A program made the position numbers and the translations under genes. Below, piece after piece: positions 48,051 through 58,437 of a stretch of 64,000 nucleotides of DNA. The number at the start of each line of letters is the position of its first letter. Within the stretch, counting starts at the first letter, position 1. The stretch covers positions 1 through 64,000 of the forward strand of contig JAWAFD010000003.1 in the NCBI GenBank assembly GCA_038890745.1. The letters run 5' to 3'. This stretch comes from Candidatus Anstonellales archaeon (GTDB lineage: Archaea; Micrarchaeota; Micrarchaeia; Anstonellales; J096). The notes beneath the pieces were generated by a model. That model saw only the letters and a program-made list of their open reading frames with translations. It did no database searches and was not told the origin of the DNA.

Positions 48051-49505
48051 ATGCGAGATGGGGGGATTAAGAAGTTTCCTATGGTAGAGGAGATGATGGG
48101 AACAGATGGCGGGGAGATCGGCTGGTTTGGAGGAGAGGGGAAGAAGGTTGTAAGGATTGTGTATTGGAATGGAGAGTTTATACCTGTAGAAAAAGCATTC
48201 GTTCATCCTCTAAACCAAGGAATTCAGTACTCTCATGCATTCTTTGAAGGTCAGAGGTTTTATAGAATGAGTGATGGAACATGGGTTTCATTTAGATACC
48301 CAGAGCATTTTGCCAGATTTATAGCAAGCTACTGGGCGATAAAAGGATACGATGTTTTGGAAAACATAGTAAAAACCGTAAACACGAAACACAAGAGCAT
48401 TGTTGTTGAGACGCCTTCGGTTGAGATGCTTTATAGGGAAGCAAGGAAGGCTTACGAAGAAGGAAAAAACCCGTACATAGCTACCATAAAATGCGCAGAC
48501 CTTTCTGTCGCGCATGGAATTTCAGAAGGGTTAGAAAAGGTATCGGTACACCCAAATATTAGTATTTTCGCAGAATGTGTGAATGGAAAAGAGAAGGTTA
48601 GGTTATCTATACGCATCCCTCTGGTTATGTATGCAGATGGTAGGGTGTACACTATCGCAGGTTTGATGGAGCTTACAAAACAACTTTTTGCACTAAATAA
48701 CCTCCATATGCTAGATGCGGACAGTTTCTACTATAGACCTTTCGCAACAATCTCAAACTCTCAATTAAAGCTTCAAACCTTCGGAAAGGAGGTTGTCCTT
48801 GGGTTGTTCCCGCTTGCATGGGGCCCATACTTGGGAAAGGGAGAGGTAAATGTAGTTGTTGTTCCATGGAAAAGAATAAACCCAGAACAGTTTAAGACAT
48901 ACGCAAAGATGGCAGGCCATTACACAAACTCTGTTCTCTCAGCGAACCTCGCGAGAGCGTTTGGTTTTACAGAAGGAATAATGCTCGATAAAGACGGGAA
49001 CATCGCAGAAGGCTCTGCCATGAACCTTTTTATAGTTAAGAATGGAATTGTGTATACCCCGCCTCTTGAGGTAGGAATCCTCCCAGGGATCACAAGGGAT
49101 TCTGTAATAAACCTCTTGGGGTTTATAGGCATAGAAGTTGTGGAGAAAAATCTTACCATAGATGACCTTTTATCAGCAGACGCAGCATTCTTTACAGGAA
49201 CAGCGGCAGAGGTGATGCCGTTAGACAGCATCTCAGTTCCCAAAAGATTTGAGAAGATGAGGGAGTATGATGGAATATTCTCTCCGAGCGGTAAAGAAAT
49301 AAAGTTAAGAGCATTAAGATTTACTCGGGTTAAGTTTAGTGATGAAAATAAAAGAATAGCAAGAGAAGTGAGAAAAGCGTTCTTTGATATTTTCCAGTAC
49401 GGGAGCGAAACAAATAAAGAATTCGGAGAAAAGTGGTTGCAGAAAATGCCGGACGGTAAAGATAAACAAAAATCTGTGAGACGGGCGCTTGTTAGCAGAG
49501 TTTAG
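48051..49505 (+). CDS. ilvE: Branched-chain aminotransferase (class IV) with large insertion
   Basis: FFEG, YAKMAGHY (PLP Lys), EGSAMNLF, LPGITR, FTGTAAEV. Confidence 0.8.
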   Translation: MRDGGIKKFPMVEEMMGTDGGEIGWFGGEGKKVVRIVYWNGEFIPVEKAFVHPLNQGIQYSHAFFEGQRFYRMSDGTWVSFRYPEHFARFIASYWAIKGYDVLENIVKTVNTKHKSIVVETPSVEMLYREARKAYEEGKNPYIATIKCADLSVAHGISEGLEKVSVHPNISIFAECVNGKEKVRLSIRIPLVMYADGRVYTIAGLMELTKQLFALNNLHMLDADSFYYRPFATISNSQLKLQTFGKEVVLGLFPLAWGPYLGKGEVNVVVVPWKRINPEQFKTYAKMAGHYTNSVLSANLARAFGFTEGIMLDKDGNIAEGSAMNLFIVKNGIVYTPPLEVGILPGITRDSVINLLGFIGIEVVEKNLTIDDLLSADAAFFTGTAAEVMPLDSISVPKRFEKMREYDGIFSPSGKEIKLRALRFTRVKFSDENKRIAREVRKAFFDIFQYGSETNKEFGEKWLQKMPDGKDKQKSVRRALVSRV

Positions 49506-49549
49506 AAACCTTTATTTAACTTTTCTTTTTTATTATACGCGGTGAGCAC

Positions 49550-50131
49550 ATGATAGAGTGGCTTTTGGCAGGAGGGTTTGCCGTTGTTTTACTTGTTCTG
49601 ATGTTTGTTGGTTTGCTGATACTAGCCTATGTTATATATGTTTACAACAAACTCGTAAAACTTGACCAGAACATAAAGAATGCTTTTGCGCAGATAAGCG
49701 TTCAGTTGAAGATGAGGGCAGACCTTGTTCCGAACCTTGTTGAAACAGTTAAAGGATATGCAAAGCATGAGAAAACTGTTTTTGAGAATGTAACAAAGGC
49801 AAGGGCTGCGATAATGAAGGCGAAAACGCCAGCAGAGATGGCAAAGGCGGATAACATGCTCACCGGTGCGCTCAAATCCCTTTTTGCTGTTGCAGAGAAT
49901 TACCCAAGGCTTCAGGCAAACCAAAACTTTTTACAATTGCAGGAGAAATTGGGAGAGCTTGAGCAAAAGATTGCGTACGCAAGGCAGTCATACAACGATA
50001 CGATCACAATGTACAATCGCCTCGTCCTCTATTTCCCGAGCAACATAATCGCGAACATGCTCGGGCATAAGGAAAAGGAATATTTTGAGGTTGGTGAAAA
50101 AGAAAGAGCAGCCCCAAAGGTTAAGTTTTGA
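49550..50131 (+). CDS. lemA: LemA family protein
   Basis: [28 protein letters not shown]. Confidence 0.93.
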   Translation: MIEWLLAGGFAVVLLVLMFVGLLILAYVIYVYNKLVKLDQNIKNAFAQISVQLKMRADLVPNLVETVKGYAKHEKTVFENVTKARAAIMKAKTPAEMAKADNMLTGALKSLFAVAENYPRLQANQNFLQLQEKLGELEQKIAYARQSYNDTITMYNRLVLYFPSNIIANMLGHKEKEYFEVGEKERAAPKVKF

Positions 50132-50133
50132 TT

Positions 50134-50922
50134 TTATCCCTTTGGTATTCTTCCTTTTGGTTTTTTAACTTTTAAATCAGGATAGGCTTTTTCAAGCATC
50201 GCGAGCGTAGGATAGGGTAGAATGCCATAGGCCTCAAAAACAGCATTCACGTTTGCGGCCGTTTGCTTTTCATCCCCGCCCCCAGCCTCCTTCAGCATCC
50301 CAATTAAATTTTTCATGCTTTTTCCCCTGCTCGTTTTTATGTTTGAAGATACCCTTGCAAACTGGAATGCTTTCGGAACTATTGTTGTGCAGATATTCGC
50401 TAAGATCCCACCTATCTCATACTCCTCAGACCCAGGAATGGTTAGTTTTTTTATCGCAACCCATTCCTTATACTTCCCTATAAAAACAATCTGGTCATCG
50501 GGTTCTTTTGGTTTTGCGTCTATTCTGTATTCATCCAGCATTTTTGCAGTTAATCTATAAGGAACATTGAACGCATTTAGAATTTTATTAAAAAAATAGC
50601 TTTCTGCAGCAGGCCTAAGCTCCTTTTTTTCTCCGCACGCTTTTTCAAAAACATCCCCTGCTTTAAACTTTTCAAAAAAACCAACTAACTCGCCTATCCC
50701 ATTTCCTTTTGCATCCTTTATTTTTTCATCAATAAATTTTGTATCCAACCCACAATGGATGTACGCTTTCCCTTCTATTTCATCAGCAATTTTTGCAAGC
50801 GCATACGCGACATTTTCTTCTCTCTTTCCTTCAAGCTCAAAAACATACCCAAATCTCCAACCACCGTATGCGCCCCAACTCTCTATCGAGTCCGCAATCA
50901 TAAAACCACTTTTTTGCTTCAC
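50134..50922 (-). CDS. Conserved archaeal hypothetical protein (DUF2666-like)
   Basis: QIVFIGKYKEWVAIKKL and basic C-terminus YPDLKVKKPKGR. Confidence 0.55.
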   Translation of the reverse strand: MKQKSGFMIADSIESWGAYGGWRFGYVFELEGKREENVAYALAKIADEIEGKAYIHCGLDTKFIDEKIKDAKGNGIGELVGFFEKFKAGDVFEKACGEKKELRPAAESYFFNKILNAFNVPYRLTAKMLDEYRIDAKPKEPDDQIVFIGKYKEWVAIKKLTIPGSEEYEIGGILANICTTIVPKAFQFARVSSNIKTSRGKSMKNLIGMLKEAGGGDEKQTAANVNAVFEAYGILPYPTLAMLEKAYPDLKVKKPKGRIPKG

Positions 50923-50970
50923 ATGAAAATACTTAAATATTTTTCCATTGTAGTACTTTAAACGGGTTGT

Positions 50971-52503
50971 ATGGATAAATTCGCACTTTTAAGCGTGTAT
51001 GAAAAAACAGGAATAGCAGAGTTTGCCTCGTCGCTCGTAAAACTAGGATACAAAATAATTTCTAGTGGTGGAACTGCTAAAGAATTGAAAAACAAAAAAA
51101 TTCCAGTGGTGGATGTGAGCGACTTTACCGGCTTTCCAGAACTTTTTGATGGGAGGGTAAAGACCCTCCACCCAAAAATCCATGGAGGGATTCTTTTTAG
51201 AAGGGAAATGAAAAAAGATAGAACAGAAGCGGAGATGCAGGGAATAAAAAATATAGAGGTTGTTGCCGTTAATCTTTACCCGTTTGAGAGTGGATTGAAA
51301 AAGGATGCGAGTCATGAGGAGATGGTGGAGCTCATAGATATCGGTGGGCCTGCGTTGCTGAGGGCAGCGGCAAAAAACTACAAGGATGTTTTTGTCCTTT
51401 CCTCACCCTCTCAGTATGATGAGTTTATAAGAAGGTTGAAAGAAGGAACCGCGGATGAAAAATACCGGCTTATGCTTGCATGGGAGGCATGGAATGCTAT
51501 AAGCCATTATGATGTTTTGATAGAAAAATATTTTTCAAAAATTCTGGAAATGAAAACCTATCCAAGATACATGAACCTAACATTTGAAAAAAAACAAGAC
51601 CTTCGGTATGGAGAAAATCCCCATCAGACCGCAGCTTTATACATAGATAACGGCTATACAGATTCCTCCATCGTGTCTGCTGAGCAGTTGCAGGGAAAGC
51701 AGCTTTCTTACAACAACATCTTGGATGCTGATTCTGCCTTGAAGATTGTTAAGGAATTTGACGAGCCGACAGCGGTTATAATAAAACACAACAACCCGTG
51801 CGGGGTTGCAAGCTCTGAGGATATCGTTGAGGCATTCAAGGTTGCGAGGTCTGTTGACCCTGAAGCTGCTTTTGGAGGAGTGATAGGGATTAACAGAAAG
51901 GTTGATAGCAGGCTTGCTGAAGAGATTCTATCCAAGTTTGCAGAGGTTGTAGTTGCACCCGAGTATGGAGAGGATGCATTAAAACTATTCTCAAAAAAAC
52001 AAAATCTGAGATTGCTGAAAGTTGGCACGCATAATGGCGCGCCGCATAAGACATACCGTTCGATTGATGGGGGGCTTCTTGTTCAGGATTCAGATGGGTT
52101 GCTTTTTGAAAGATTTGAAGTAGTTACAAAAAGAAAACCAACAGAAGAGGAGAGAAAGGCTATGGTGTATGCATGGAAGATTGCGAAGCATGTAAAATCA
52201 AATGCAATAGTGTATGCAAAGGAAAACAGGGCTGTTGGGATAGGAGCAGGGCAGATGAAAAGGATAGATGCGGCAAAACTTGGAGCGATGATCGCGAAGG
52301 ATTTTGGTGAGAGTTTGGAGGGGTGCGCGATGGCAAGCGATGGGTTCTTCCCTTTTCGGGATGGGATTGACTACGCCGCTTCGTTAGGGATAAGAGCGGT
52401 AATCCAGCCCGGTGGTTCTATAAAAGATAAGGAAGTAATCGCGGCCGCGGATGAGCATGGGATAACCATGGTTTTTACAGGAACAAGGCATTTCAGACAT
52501 TAA
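50971..52503 (+). CDS. purH: Bifunctional AICAR transformylase/IMP cyclohydrolase
   Basis: [42 protein letters not shown]. Confidence 0.96.
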   Translation: MDKFALLSVYEKTGIAEFASSLVKLGYKIISSGGTAKELKNKKIPVVDVSDFTGFPELFDGRVKTLHPKIHGGILFRREMKKDRTEAEMQGIKNIEVVAVNLYPFESGLKKDASHEEMVELIDIGGPALLRAAAKNYKDVFVLSSPSQYDEFIRRLKEGTADEKYRLMLAWEAWNAISHYDVLIEKYFSKILEMKTYPRYMNLTFEKKQDLRYGENPHQTAALYIDNGYTDSSIVSAEQLQGKQLSYNNILDADSALKIVKEFDEPTAVIIKHNNPCGVASSEDIVEAFKVARSVDPEAAFGGVIGINRKVDSRLAEEILSKFAEVVVAPEYGEDALKLFSKKQNLRLLKVGTHNGAPHKTYRSIDGGLLVQDSDGLLFERFEVVTKRKPTEEERKAMVYAWKIAKHVKSNAIVYAKENRAVGIGAGQMKRIDAAKLGAMIAKDFGESLEGCAMASDGFFPFRDGIDYAASLGIRAVIQPGGSIKDKEVIAAADEHGITMVFTGTRHFRH

Positions 52504-53882
52504 TCTATTTTTATTCCATTTCTTCTTAAAATTTCTCTTGCAGCAATCAAACCTGTAACAGCCGCGCCATTTATTCCACCGCTCACCCCACCACCGTCTC
52601 CGGCGGTGAATAGGTTTTTTACTTTTGTTGTCTCAAGCTGTTTAGTGATATCCAATCTAACTGATTTGAATTTTACTTCCGGAGCATACAGAAGGGTCCC
52701 GTCCTCATTTACACCCGGAATTACACCGGCCAGCTTGTCCAGCCCTTCAACAATATCCTCAACAATTCGGGCAGGCATAGCCATGCTTATGTCGCCGGGT
52801 GTGACGTCCTTATTCGTAGGTTCAACATAGCTTTTTTCTATTCTCTCCCATGTACTCCTTCTTCCTTTTTTCAAATCCCCAAGCCTCTGCACAATCGCCT
52901 TTCCCCCTCCTATTGTTGTGGCTAGCTTGCATATGCTTTCTCCATATAAGGTTGTGTTTTCTACAGGGTGTGTCAGGTACACCCTTACCAAAAATGCAAA
53001 GTTTGTGTTGTTGCTCTTTTTGTTTTTCATGCTATGGCCATTTACAGAAACAAACTTTCCGTAGTTTTCCGTGATTACATACCCATAGGGATTCGTGCAA
53101 AATGTTCTCACAAAATCATCATATTTTTTTGTTCTTATATGGAATTTCGGGTCCCAGTTTATTTTTGTAACATCCTCCATAACTTCGTTAAGAACCTCAA
53201 CCCTCACCCCAATATCAAGCGGGCCATACCTAAACGGAATCCCCAATTTTTTTGCGAGCTCAAGAAGCCAAGATGAGCCTGCCCTTCCAGGTGCAAGGAT
53301 TACGTACTCCCCCCCTATCCTTACTTTCTTTCCATCCTTCTTTTTTGCAACAATTCCGCAGGCCTTTCCGTTCTTTAGCATTATATCTGTTGCCTCTGTT
53401 TCCATCAAAAACTTTCCTCCAAATTTTTCTATTTTTCTCTTAATCCTTTCAACAACCTTCGGGAGTTCATCGCTTCCAACATGCTTCTGTTTTATGGGTA
53501 TGTATTTTACCCCTGCTTTAAGAGCTCTTTTGTAAAGCTCTTCTGATTTTGGATGGACCTTTGCCTTTCCATCCACCCCCGCTTCTGTAAAAATTTCATC
53601 TACGTAGTTGATGTATTCCTCAGCGACGCTCTGCGGTAGGAATTCGAGCATGTTTCCTCCAATTTCCGGATGCAGATTTATTTTTCCATCAGAGAAGGTT
53701 CCGCTTCCACCCATCCCTCTTATGTAATGATAACCGGCAGTTTTTGGGTCTTTTATCATTTTTTTCCTTTCCTCAATATCCAGGCCCATCTCTACAACAG
53801 TTACATCCATTTTGTATTTTGTAAGCTCATATGCGGCGAACATCCCAGCAGGTCCAGCCCCAACAACAATAACTTTCACCAT
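52500..53882 (-). CDS. FAD-dependent oxidoreductase (COG2509-like)
   Basis: GAGPAG, GTFSDGK, RTFCTNP, AGDG. Confidence 0.85.
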   Translation of the reverse strand: MVKVIVVGAGPAGMFAAYELTKYKMDVTVVEMGLDIEERKKMIKDPKTAGYHYIRGMGGSGTFSDGKINLHPEIGGNMLEFLPQSVAEEYINYVDEIFTEAGVDGKAKVHPKSEELYKRALKAGVKYIPIKQKHVGSDELPKVVERIKRKIEKFGGKFLMETEATDIMLKNGKACGIVAKKKDGKKVRIGGEYVILAPGRAGSSWLLELAKKLGIPFRYGPLDIGVRVEVLNEVMEDVTKINWDPKFHIRTKKYDDFVRTFCTNPYGYVITENYGKFVSVNGHSMKNKKSNNTNFAFLVRVYLTHPVENTTLYGESICKLATTIGGGKAIVQRLGDLKKGRRSTWERIEKSYVEPTNKDVTPGDISMAMPARIVEDIVEGLDKLAGVIPGVNEDGTLLYAPEVKFKSVRLDITKQLETTKVKNLFTAGDGGGVSGGINGAAVTGLIAAREILRRNGIKID

Positions 53883-53883
53883 C

Positions 53884-54258
53884 CTATCCTTCCTCTTCTT
53901 TTTTTGCGAGGATGTTTATCCACACCCCGAGTATTGTTGCGGATATAAAAAATAAAAATTTCATCCAATCACCCAAAATATAATAAAGGGCATACCCACC
54001 AAATGCAATGAAGATGGGAAGAACCTGCGCAATCCCATAATGCTTCTTCAACCATGCGACCTGAAGCCCAAGAGGAAGAAGGAGAAAAACAAAAAAGAAG
54101 CTCCAGAACATCAGCTCCGCGCTTCCCTCATCAATAGAATAGTTTCCTCTTATTCCGAATACTGCGAGCGCTATGACAAAAAGTAGTGAAAAGACTGGAA
54201 AATACAGAAAAATATTTTCTTCATCATTCTTTTTCGCGCCGGCTATTCTCTTAGCCAT
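53884..54258 (-). CDS. Small multi-pass membrane protein
   Basis: Four hydrophobic segments; start revised to MAKRIAG. Confidence 0.65.
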   Translation of the reverse strand: MAKRIAGAKKNDEENIFLYFPVFSLLFVIALAVFGIRGNYSIDEGSAELMFWSFFFVFLLLPLGLQVAWLKKHYGIAQVLPIFIAFGGYALYYILGDWMKFLFFISATILGVWINILAKKEEEG

Positions 54259-54848
54259 CCAACCATCCCCATGAAAACTAAAAGCGCAAAAATCCCTGCA
54301 GGAGCGCATGCTTTTTCTTCAGGTTTCTGCTCCTCTTGCTTTACAATCTTAACCGGAGGCTCTCTTTCCGCTGGTTTTGTTTCGGTCACGTTTTCTTTTT
54401 TCTCTTCACTATCGCTCTCGCTCTCTTCAACTGTTGGTGGAACGAAAGTTTCAACTTCGTGCATTATGTAAAATCCCTCCTCCCCCTGCTTGCATTCATC
54501 CACATTAAAGCTTATGAGCATTTTTCTGTATGTCGGCTTGTCTATCCTTATCTGAAAAAGTTTTGTCATGAATTGATAGTTTCCGGTGAACCAGAGATGC
54601 GCCTTTCCTTCGCTATCAGTTACGGCATTATTCAGCACACCGTACTCATACATCAAAAAAACCGTAGCGTTGTCTATGGGCTTTTCATCATACAAAAAAA
54701 CATCAACGGTTCTGTTTGCGCATGTTAAATAAATCGTTCCGGTAAAAGAGTAGATTTCGCTTTTATTCTCAAGTTCAAATTCTTCTATTGCTACTGTTTT
54801 TGGGAATGTGAGAGAAAGCAAAAAGATGATAAAAAGCAATCTTCTCAT
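54243..54848 (-). CDS. Surface protein with Cys-led C-terminal sorting TM
   Basis: Signal peptide, transthyretin-like beta domain, acidic linker, KACAP-TM tail. Confidence 0.7.
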   Translation of the reverse strand: MRRLLFIIFLLSLTFPKTVAIEEFELENKSEIYSFTGTIYLTCANRTVDVFLYDEKPIDNATVFLMYEYGVLNNAVTDSEGKAHLWFTGNYQFMTKLFQIRIDKPTYRKMLISFNVDECKQGEEGFYIMHEVETFVPPTVEESESDSEEKKENVTETKPAEREPPVKIVKQEEQKPEEKACAPAGIFALLVFMGMVGWLRE

Positions 54849-54886
54849 GCTTGGATTTCATCAGTTAGGTTTAAAAAAATGCCGAA

Positions 54887-54960
54887 AGCCCCAGAAGGGA
54901 TTTGAACCCTTGACCTGCCGATTACAAGTCGGCCGCTCTACCAGTCTGAGCTACTGGGGC
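54887..54960 (-). tRNA. tRNA-Thr(TGT)
   Basis: GCCCCAG/CTGGGGC acceptor stem, GCCGA-CT-TGT-AA-TCGGC anticodon arm, GTTCAAAT T-loop; CCA not encoded. Confidence 0.96.
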
Positions 54961-54971
54961 GATTGGATGAT

Positions 54972-55721
54972 CTATCCGTAGTATTCTACTCTCTTTTCTT
55001 CCATCTCTATATATTTTTTTATTTCTTTCTTCAGCTCATTTTTTTCCTTTTCACTCATCTTCAATCTGTCTAGCTTTTCTGCCCAAGTAGAGAGGGCATC
55101 AATCATTATTGGCACAACCTTCTCCTTTCCATAAAAAAACGGTGCGAGGGAGAGCAAAACCCTCAGTGCATATGTGTTGTTGCTTTCGCCTAAAACGCTG
55201 ATGGCTTTCTCAGAAAGTACCTGCGTTTCAAAGCTGTTTACGAGCATATATCTGGAGAGATGATAGCTCACAAGTTTTATAGAAAAAACATCATCAAACT
55301 TCCCCAATATATCAAAAGTTTCAAATATACCCTCCAAGCTTCCGGCGTAATCAAAGACCCTTCTGAAAATTCCTTGCCTCACCTTGTTTGCGTCTTCCTC
55401 TTTGTACCTCATTTTCATTCCCTCAAAATTGTGGAAATCGCGGTACTCCTTTGCAGAGCAAAGCTTTTCATGTAGTATAAAAAGTATTGTATTTTTTATC
55501 ACCTGATCCTCTTTTTTGTACATCTTTATGAGGGCTTTTTTTGCCTCCTCCTTTTTCTCATAATCAGTGAATACAGGGTAGTTGTATATTGTCATAATAA
55601 GATTATCAATCTGCTTTACCTTCTCCATGGTTTTTGGGTCCGGAGCAGGTGATGGTGCGCGCTGCGGCTGAACCTGCTGGCTGTTTTCCTTTTCTATTTT
55701 TTCTCTCTTTTCTTTGCTCAT
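54972..55721 (-). CDS. Alpha-helical hypothetical protein
   Basis: 249-aa ORF ending just upstream of tRNA-Thr. Confidence 0.7.
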   Translation of the reverse strand: MSKEKREKIEKENSQQVQPQRAPSPAPDPKTMEKVKQIDNLIMTIYNYPVFTDYEKKEEAKKALIKMYKKEDQVIKNTILFILHEKLCSAKEYRDFHNFEGMKMRYKEEDANKVRQGIFRRVFDYAGSLEGIFETFDILGKFDDVFSIKLVSYHLSRYMLVNSFETQVLSEKAISVLGESNNTYALRVLLSLAPFFYGKEKVVPIMIDALSTWAEKLDRLKMSEKEKNELKKEIKKYIEMEEKRVEYYG

Positions 55722-55784
55722 CCAATCCCCCTTATTTCTGCTAGGCTCTAACTTTTAAAAACACAAATTATTAAAAATCTGCTC

Positions 55785-56363
55785 ATGCACCCCATCGTTT
55801 TTGTTACTGGAAATAAGGGCAAATTCCAGGAAGCGAAAAGGTTTTTCTCGGCCGAGGGAATGAAGATAGTAAACAAAAAACTCGACATAGAAGAGAAGAG
55901 GGGAACGCTAGAGGAGATTGCTAGGGATGCTGCGGAACAGGCATACAGAAAACTGAAAACACCTCTTTTCGTCGAGGATTCGGGTCTTTTTATACATGCT
56001 CTCAATGGATTTCCTGGGGAGTTTTCTGCGTGGGCTTTTAAAAAAATCGGGAATGAGGGAATACTCAAACTCATGAAATCAGAGAAAAACCGGCAGGCGT
56101 ATTTTAAATCTGCTGTTGCATACGCAGATGAGCGCGGGGTAAAGGTTTTTACTGGCGTTTGTGAAGGAAAGATAGCCGCCGATGTGCGGGGCAAAGGAGG
56201 GTTTGGGTATGACCCGATTTTTATCCCAAAGGGAAAAGGATTCACGTTTGCAGAGAGAGAAGATTTAAAAAGTGTACTCTCCCATAGATACAATTCTATT
56301 ACAAAACTTTTAAAGTTTTTAAAAAACAAACAAAAAAATAGAAAAAATCAGAGGCATGGTTGA
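55785..56363 (+). CDS. rdgB: Non-canonical purine NTP pyrophosphatase (Ham1/RdgB)
   Basis: TGNKGK, VEDSGL, GFGYDPIF, SHR. Confidence 0.95.
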   Translation: MHPIVFVTGNKGKFQEAKRFFSAEGMKIVNKKLDIEEKRGTLEEIARDAAEQAYRKLKTPLFVEDSGLFIHALNGFPGEFSAWAFKKIGNEGILKLMKSEKNRQAYFKSAVAYADERGVKVFTGVCEGKIAADVRGKGGFGYDPIFIPKGKGFTFAEREDLKSVLSHRYNSITKLLKFLKNKQKNRKNQRHG

Positions 56364-56817
56364 TAAAATGGCAAGGATGCATTCAAAGAAAAAGGGAAAG
56401 AGCGGAACAAAAAGGCCTAAGAGGAAGGAAAATGCCCCGTGGGTTGATAGCGCAGAGGTTAAGAAAATAGTGCAGAAGCTTGCGAAGCAGGGTGTTCCTC
56501 CTTCAAAAATAGGCCTTCAGCTCAGGGATCAGTATGGCGTTCCTTCTTTCAGGGCGGCTACGGGTGAGAGGCTCGTAACCTATCTTGAGCGTGAGGGGTT
56601 GTATAAGAAATTTCCAGAAGACCTTCTTCAGTTATTCAGGAAGGCCGTAAGGATGAGGGAGCATCTTAAGAAGAACAAAAAAGATGTTCACAACAGTGTA
56701 AAACTTTCTCATATCGAATCAAAGATAATGCGTCTTGTCAGGTACTACAAAAAAGTTGGTAAAATCCCGGCTGACTGGAGGTATGATCCAGAACAGGCAG
56801 CCCTTCTCATAAGGTGA
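56356..56817 (+). CDS. rps15: Ribosomal protein uS15 (S13e type)
   Basis: MARMH, LRDQYG, PEDL, ESKIMRLVRYYK. Confidence 0.95.
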   Translation: MVDKMARMHSKKKGKSGTKRPKRKENAPWVDSAEVKKIVQKLAKQGVPPSKIGLQLRDQYGVPSFRAATGERLVTYLEREGLYKKFPEDLLQLFRKAVRMREHLKKNKKDVHNSVKLSHIESKIMRLVRYYKKVGKIPADWRYDPEQAALLIR

Positions 56818-56821
56818 AACC

Positions 56822-57436
56822 ATGGCTGAAAAAACGCAAGCAAAATCAGGAAAAAAAGTTGTTGATAAATGGAAAACAAAGCAATGGTACAATGTTGTCG
56901 CGCCCGAGGTTTTTGAGGGAAGGGTTGTTGCAGAAGTGATCTCTTCAGAGCCGGAGCATCTTGTCAACAGAATCGTTCCTGTAAACCTTATGGATATTAC
57001 TGGCAAGATGTCCCAACAGAACATTTATACAACACTAAAATTTAGAATAACAGAAGTTAAGGGAAACAACGCATACACAAAAATAATCGGTCATGAACTC
57101 GCCCCAAGCTATCTTAGAACGCTTGCGAGAAAGAACAGGAGCATCATCCACCATGTTATACCCGTTGAGACAAAGGACGGGAAAAAAGTTAAGGTAAAAA
57201 TTGTTGCCGTGACATTTAGCAAAGTCAGCGCAAACACAAAAAAGAACCTTAGGAACGCTCTTGTAAAAGCAGTTTTAGAGAACGGCAAGTCAATGAGTTA
57301 TGACGAACTCATGAAGGAAATAGTTTATGGAAATTTTGCGAATAAGCTTTTCTCCATTGCTAACGCGATAAATGCGATGAGAAGGGTTGAGGTAAGGAAG
57401 ACAGAGCTAGAAGAAACATTCCAAACAGTAGGCTGA
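56822..57436 (+). CDS. rps3ae: Ribosomal protein S3Ae (eS1)
   Basis: DKWKTKQWY, GHEL, RRVEVRK. Confidence 0.93.
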   Translation: MAEKTQAKSGKKVVDKWKTKQWYNVVAPEVFEGRVVAEVISSEPEHLVNRIVPVNLMDITGKMSQQNIYTTLKFRITEVKGNNAYTKIIGHELAPSYLRTLARKNRSIIHHVIPVETKDGKKVKVKIVAVTFSKVSANTKKNLRNALVKAVLENGKSMSYDELMKEIVYGNFANKLFSIANAINAMRRVEVRKTELEETFQTVG

Positions 57437-57440
57437 TGGC

Positions 57441-57767
57441 ATGATGCCGAACATGGACCCAAAGCAGATGGCAAAACTGATGAAGCAGATGGGAATAAAC
57501 ACAAGCCAGATAGATGCTAAAGAGGTTATAATAGAAACAGATGAGAAAAGAATAGTAATAGAAAATCCTCAGGTTATAGAAATCTCCATGCAGGGTCAGA
57601 AGAGTTATCAGATTTCTGGAAAAGTAAAAGAAGAAGAAAAACTTTTTTCAGAAGAAGATATAAATCTCGTTATCGAGCAGGCAAACTGCACCCGCGAGGA
57701 AGCAGTAAAAGCGCTCAAGGAAACAAAAGGAGATATTGCTGAGGCTATAATGAAATTTCAAAAATAA
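57441..57767 (+). CDS. nac: Nascent polypeptide-associated complex protein
   Basis: MKQMGI, AKEVII, YQISG, UBA domain GDIAEAI. Confidence 0.93.
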   Translation: MMPNMDPKQMAKLMKQMGINTSQIDAKEVIIETDEKRIVIENPQVIEISMQGQKSYQISGKVKEEEKLFSEEDINLVIEQANCTREEAVKALKETKGDIAEAIMKFQK

Positions 57768-57784
57768 AAATTATAGAATAGTTT

Positions 57785-58302
57785 AAGTACCCCCTGGTCT
57801 AATTTTTGCTTAGATAAGATAGGGGGGGTAGAAGCGTGAGGGGGGAATAAGAATGTGCTTAAGTCCCCCCTTGGCTGGTGGAAGAGGCAGGTGATGCGGC
57901 GAAACAAGTGCGACCCAGAAGTTTAGGTGGGTTGGGTCGCACCGAAGCCCTTCGGGTTGTTTCACCGCATCAGTGATGCGGCGAAACAAGTGCGACCCAG
58001 AAGTTTAGGTGGGTTGGGTCGCACCGAAGCCCTTCGGGTTGTTTCACCACATCAGGGGGTCTGAGAAAAAGTTAAAGTACCCCCTGGTCTAACTTTTGCT
58101 TAGATAAGATAGGGGGGGTAGAAGCGTGAGGGGGGAATAAGAATATGCTTAAGTCCCCCCTTGGCTGGTGGAAGAGGCAGGGGGTCTGAGAAAAAGTTAA
58201 AGTACCCCCTAGTCTAACTTTTGCTTAGATAAGATAGGGGGTGGAAGAGGCAGGGGGTCTGAGAAAAAGTTAAAGTACCCCCTGGTCTCATAAAAGCTCG
58301 TA
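57785..58302. repeat. Mosaic tandem repeat: ~125-bp unit interrupted by two tandem 82-bp palindromic elements
   Basis: AAGTACCCCCT at 57785, 58075, 58200 and 58273; 82-bp element at 57891-57972 and 57973-58054 (1 mismatch). Confidence 0.95.
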
Positions 58303-58394
58303 TGGGCCTGCTGGGATTTGAACCCAGGACCTTTCGATTTCTGTTTTATACCCAATATCAGTCGAACGCTCTGACCAGGCTGAGCTACAGGCCC
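58303..58394 (-). tRNA. tRNA-Ile(GAT) with a 17-nt intron at 37/38 (58339-58355)
   Basis: GGGCCTG/CAGGCCC acceptor stem; TTCGA-CT-GAT-A|TTGGGTATAAAACAGAA|A-TCGAA. Confidence 0.95.
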
Positions 58395-58437
58395 TTTAAT
58401 AGCTTTCTTTATTCCCTGCAAAATATTTTAAAATCCT

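Noticed and set aside
48345..48645. Intein in ilvE
   Set aside because: No C/S start with an HN-C/S/T end and no splicing blocks
57785..58302. Replication origin or second CRISPR array
   Set aside because: G-strings are present but there is no ORB-like TCCA-GAAAC core or cdc6 nearby, and no unique spacers between repeats
58303..58394. Integrated element at tRNA-Ile or tRNA-Thr
   Set aside because: No duplicated tRNA 3' end and no integrase in the window
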